From: Chiloscyllium plagiosum
Lineage: Eukaryota
DNA length: 64,000 bases
NCBI RefSeq assembly: GCF_004010195.1
Contig: NC_057718.1
Location: 75,151,859 to 75,215,858 of the forward strand
Reading direction: 5' to 3'
The translations under genes and the position numbers were made by a program. Positions within the stretch are counted from its first letter, which is position 1, and each line of letters begins with the position of its first letter. Shown in pieces: positions 63,971-64,000 of this stretch. The notes beneath the pieces were generated by a model, which was given only the letters and a program-made list of their open reading frames with translations, searched no databases and was not told the DNA's origin.

Positions 63971-64000
63971 TGAAAGCCTCCAGACAAATTGTTATTTGTG

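Overview
Eukaryotic, repeat-saturated genomic DNA from a cartilaginous fish. The organism is inferred from HE1-type SINEs, CR1/HER1-type LINEs and shark-type Penelope repeats. There are two assembly gaps and no intact host gene. Most of the window is nested retroelements: a near full-length Tx1 LINE (about 3.2-9.7 kb) with head-to-tail 3' fragments, a second Tx1 family, a near full-length CR1 with esterase ORF1 (12.3-16.3 kb) plus many CR1 fragments, L2-group and Rex1/Babar LINEs, several Penelope-like (PLE) families carrying minimal hammerhead ribozyme motifs, a 1.3 kb internally deleted Gypsy LTR element, and MULE and Harbinger remnants. Main observations: (1) All four 3' ends of the young Tx1 family abut the same motif, (TAT)AAA-(C/T)AGGAGTGTCAGAG. 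This matches the TATA-box region of the Gypsy LTR family present at 25.6-26.9 kb, suggesting a sequence-specific Tx1 that targets, and may borrow the promoter of, an LTR retrotransposon. (2) Unique DNA on the minus strand contains splice-phase-compatible, stop/frameshift-disrupted exons (about 60.3 to 38.4 kb, possibly to 22.9 kb), i.e. a candidate unitary pseudogene of unknown identity. (3) Several PLE families carry hammerhead motifs, including a compensatory U3-A8 core variant and palindromic pLTR-only mini-elements with clear TSDs. All alignments and translations were done by eye; no database search was possible.
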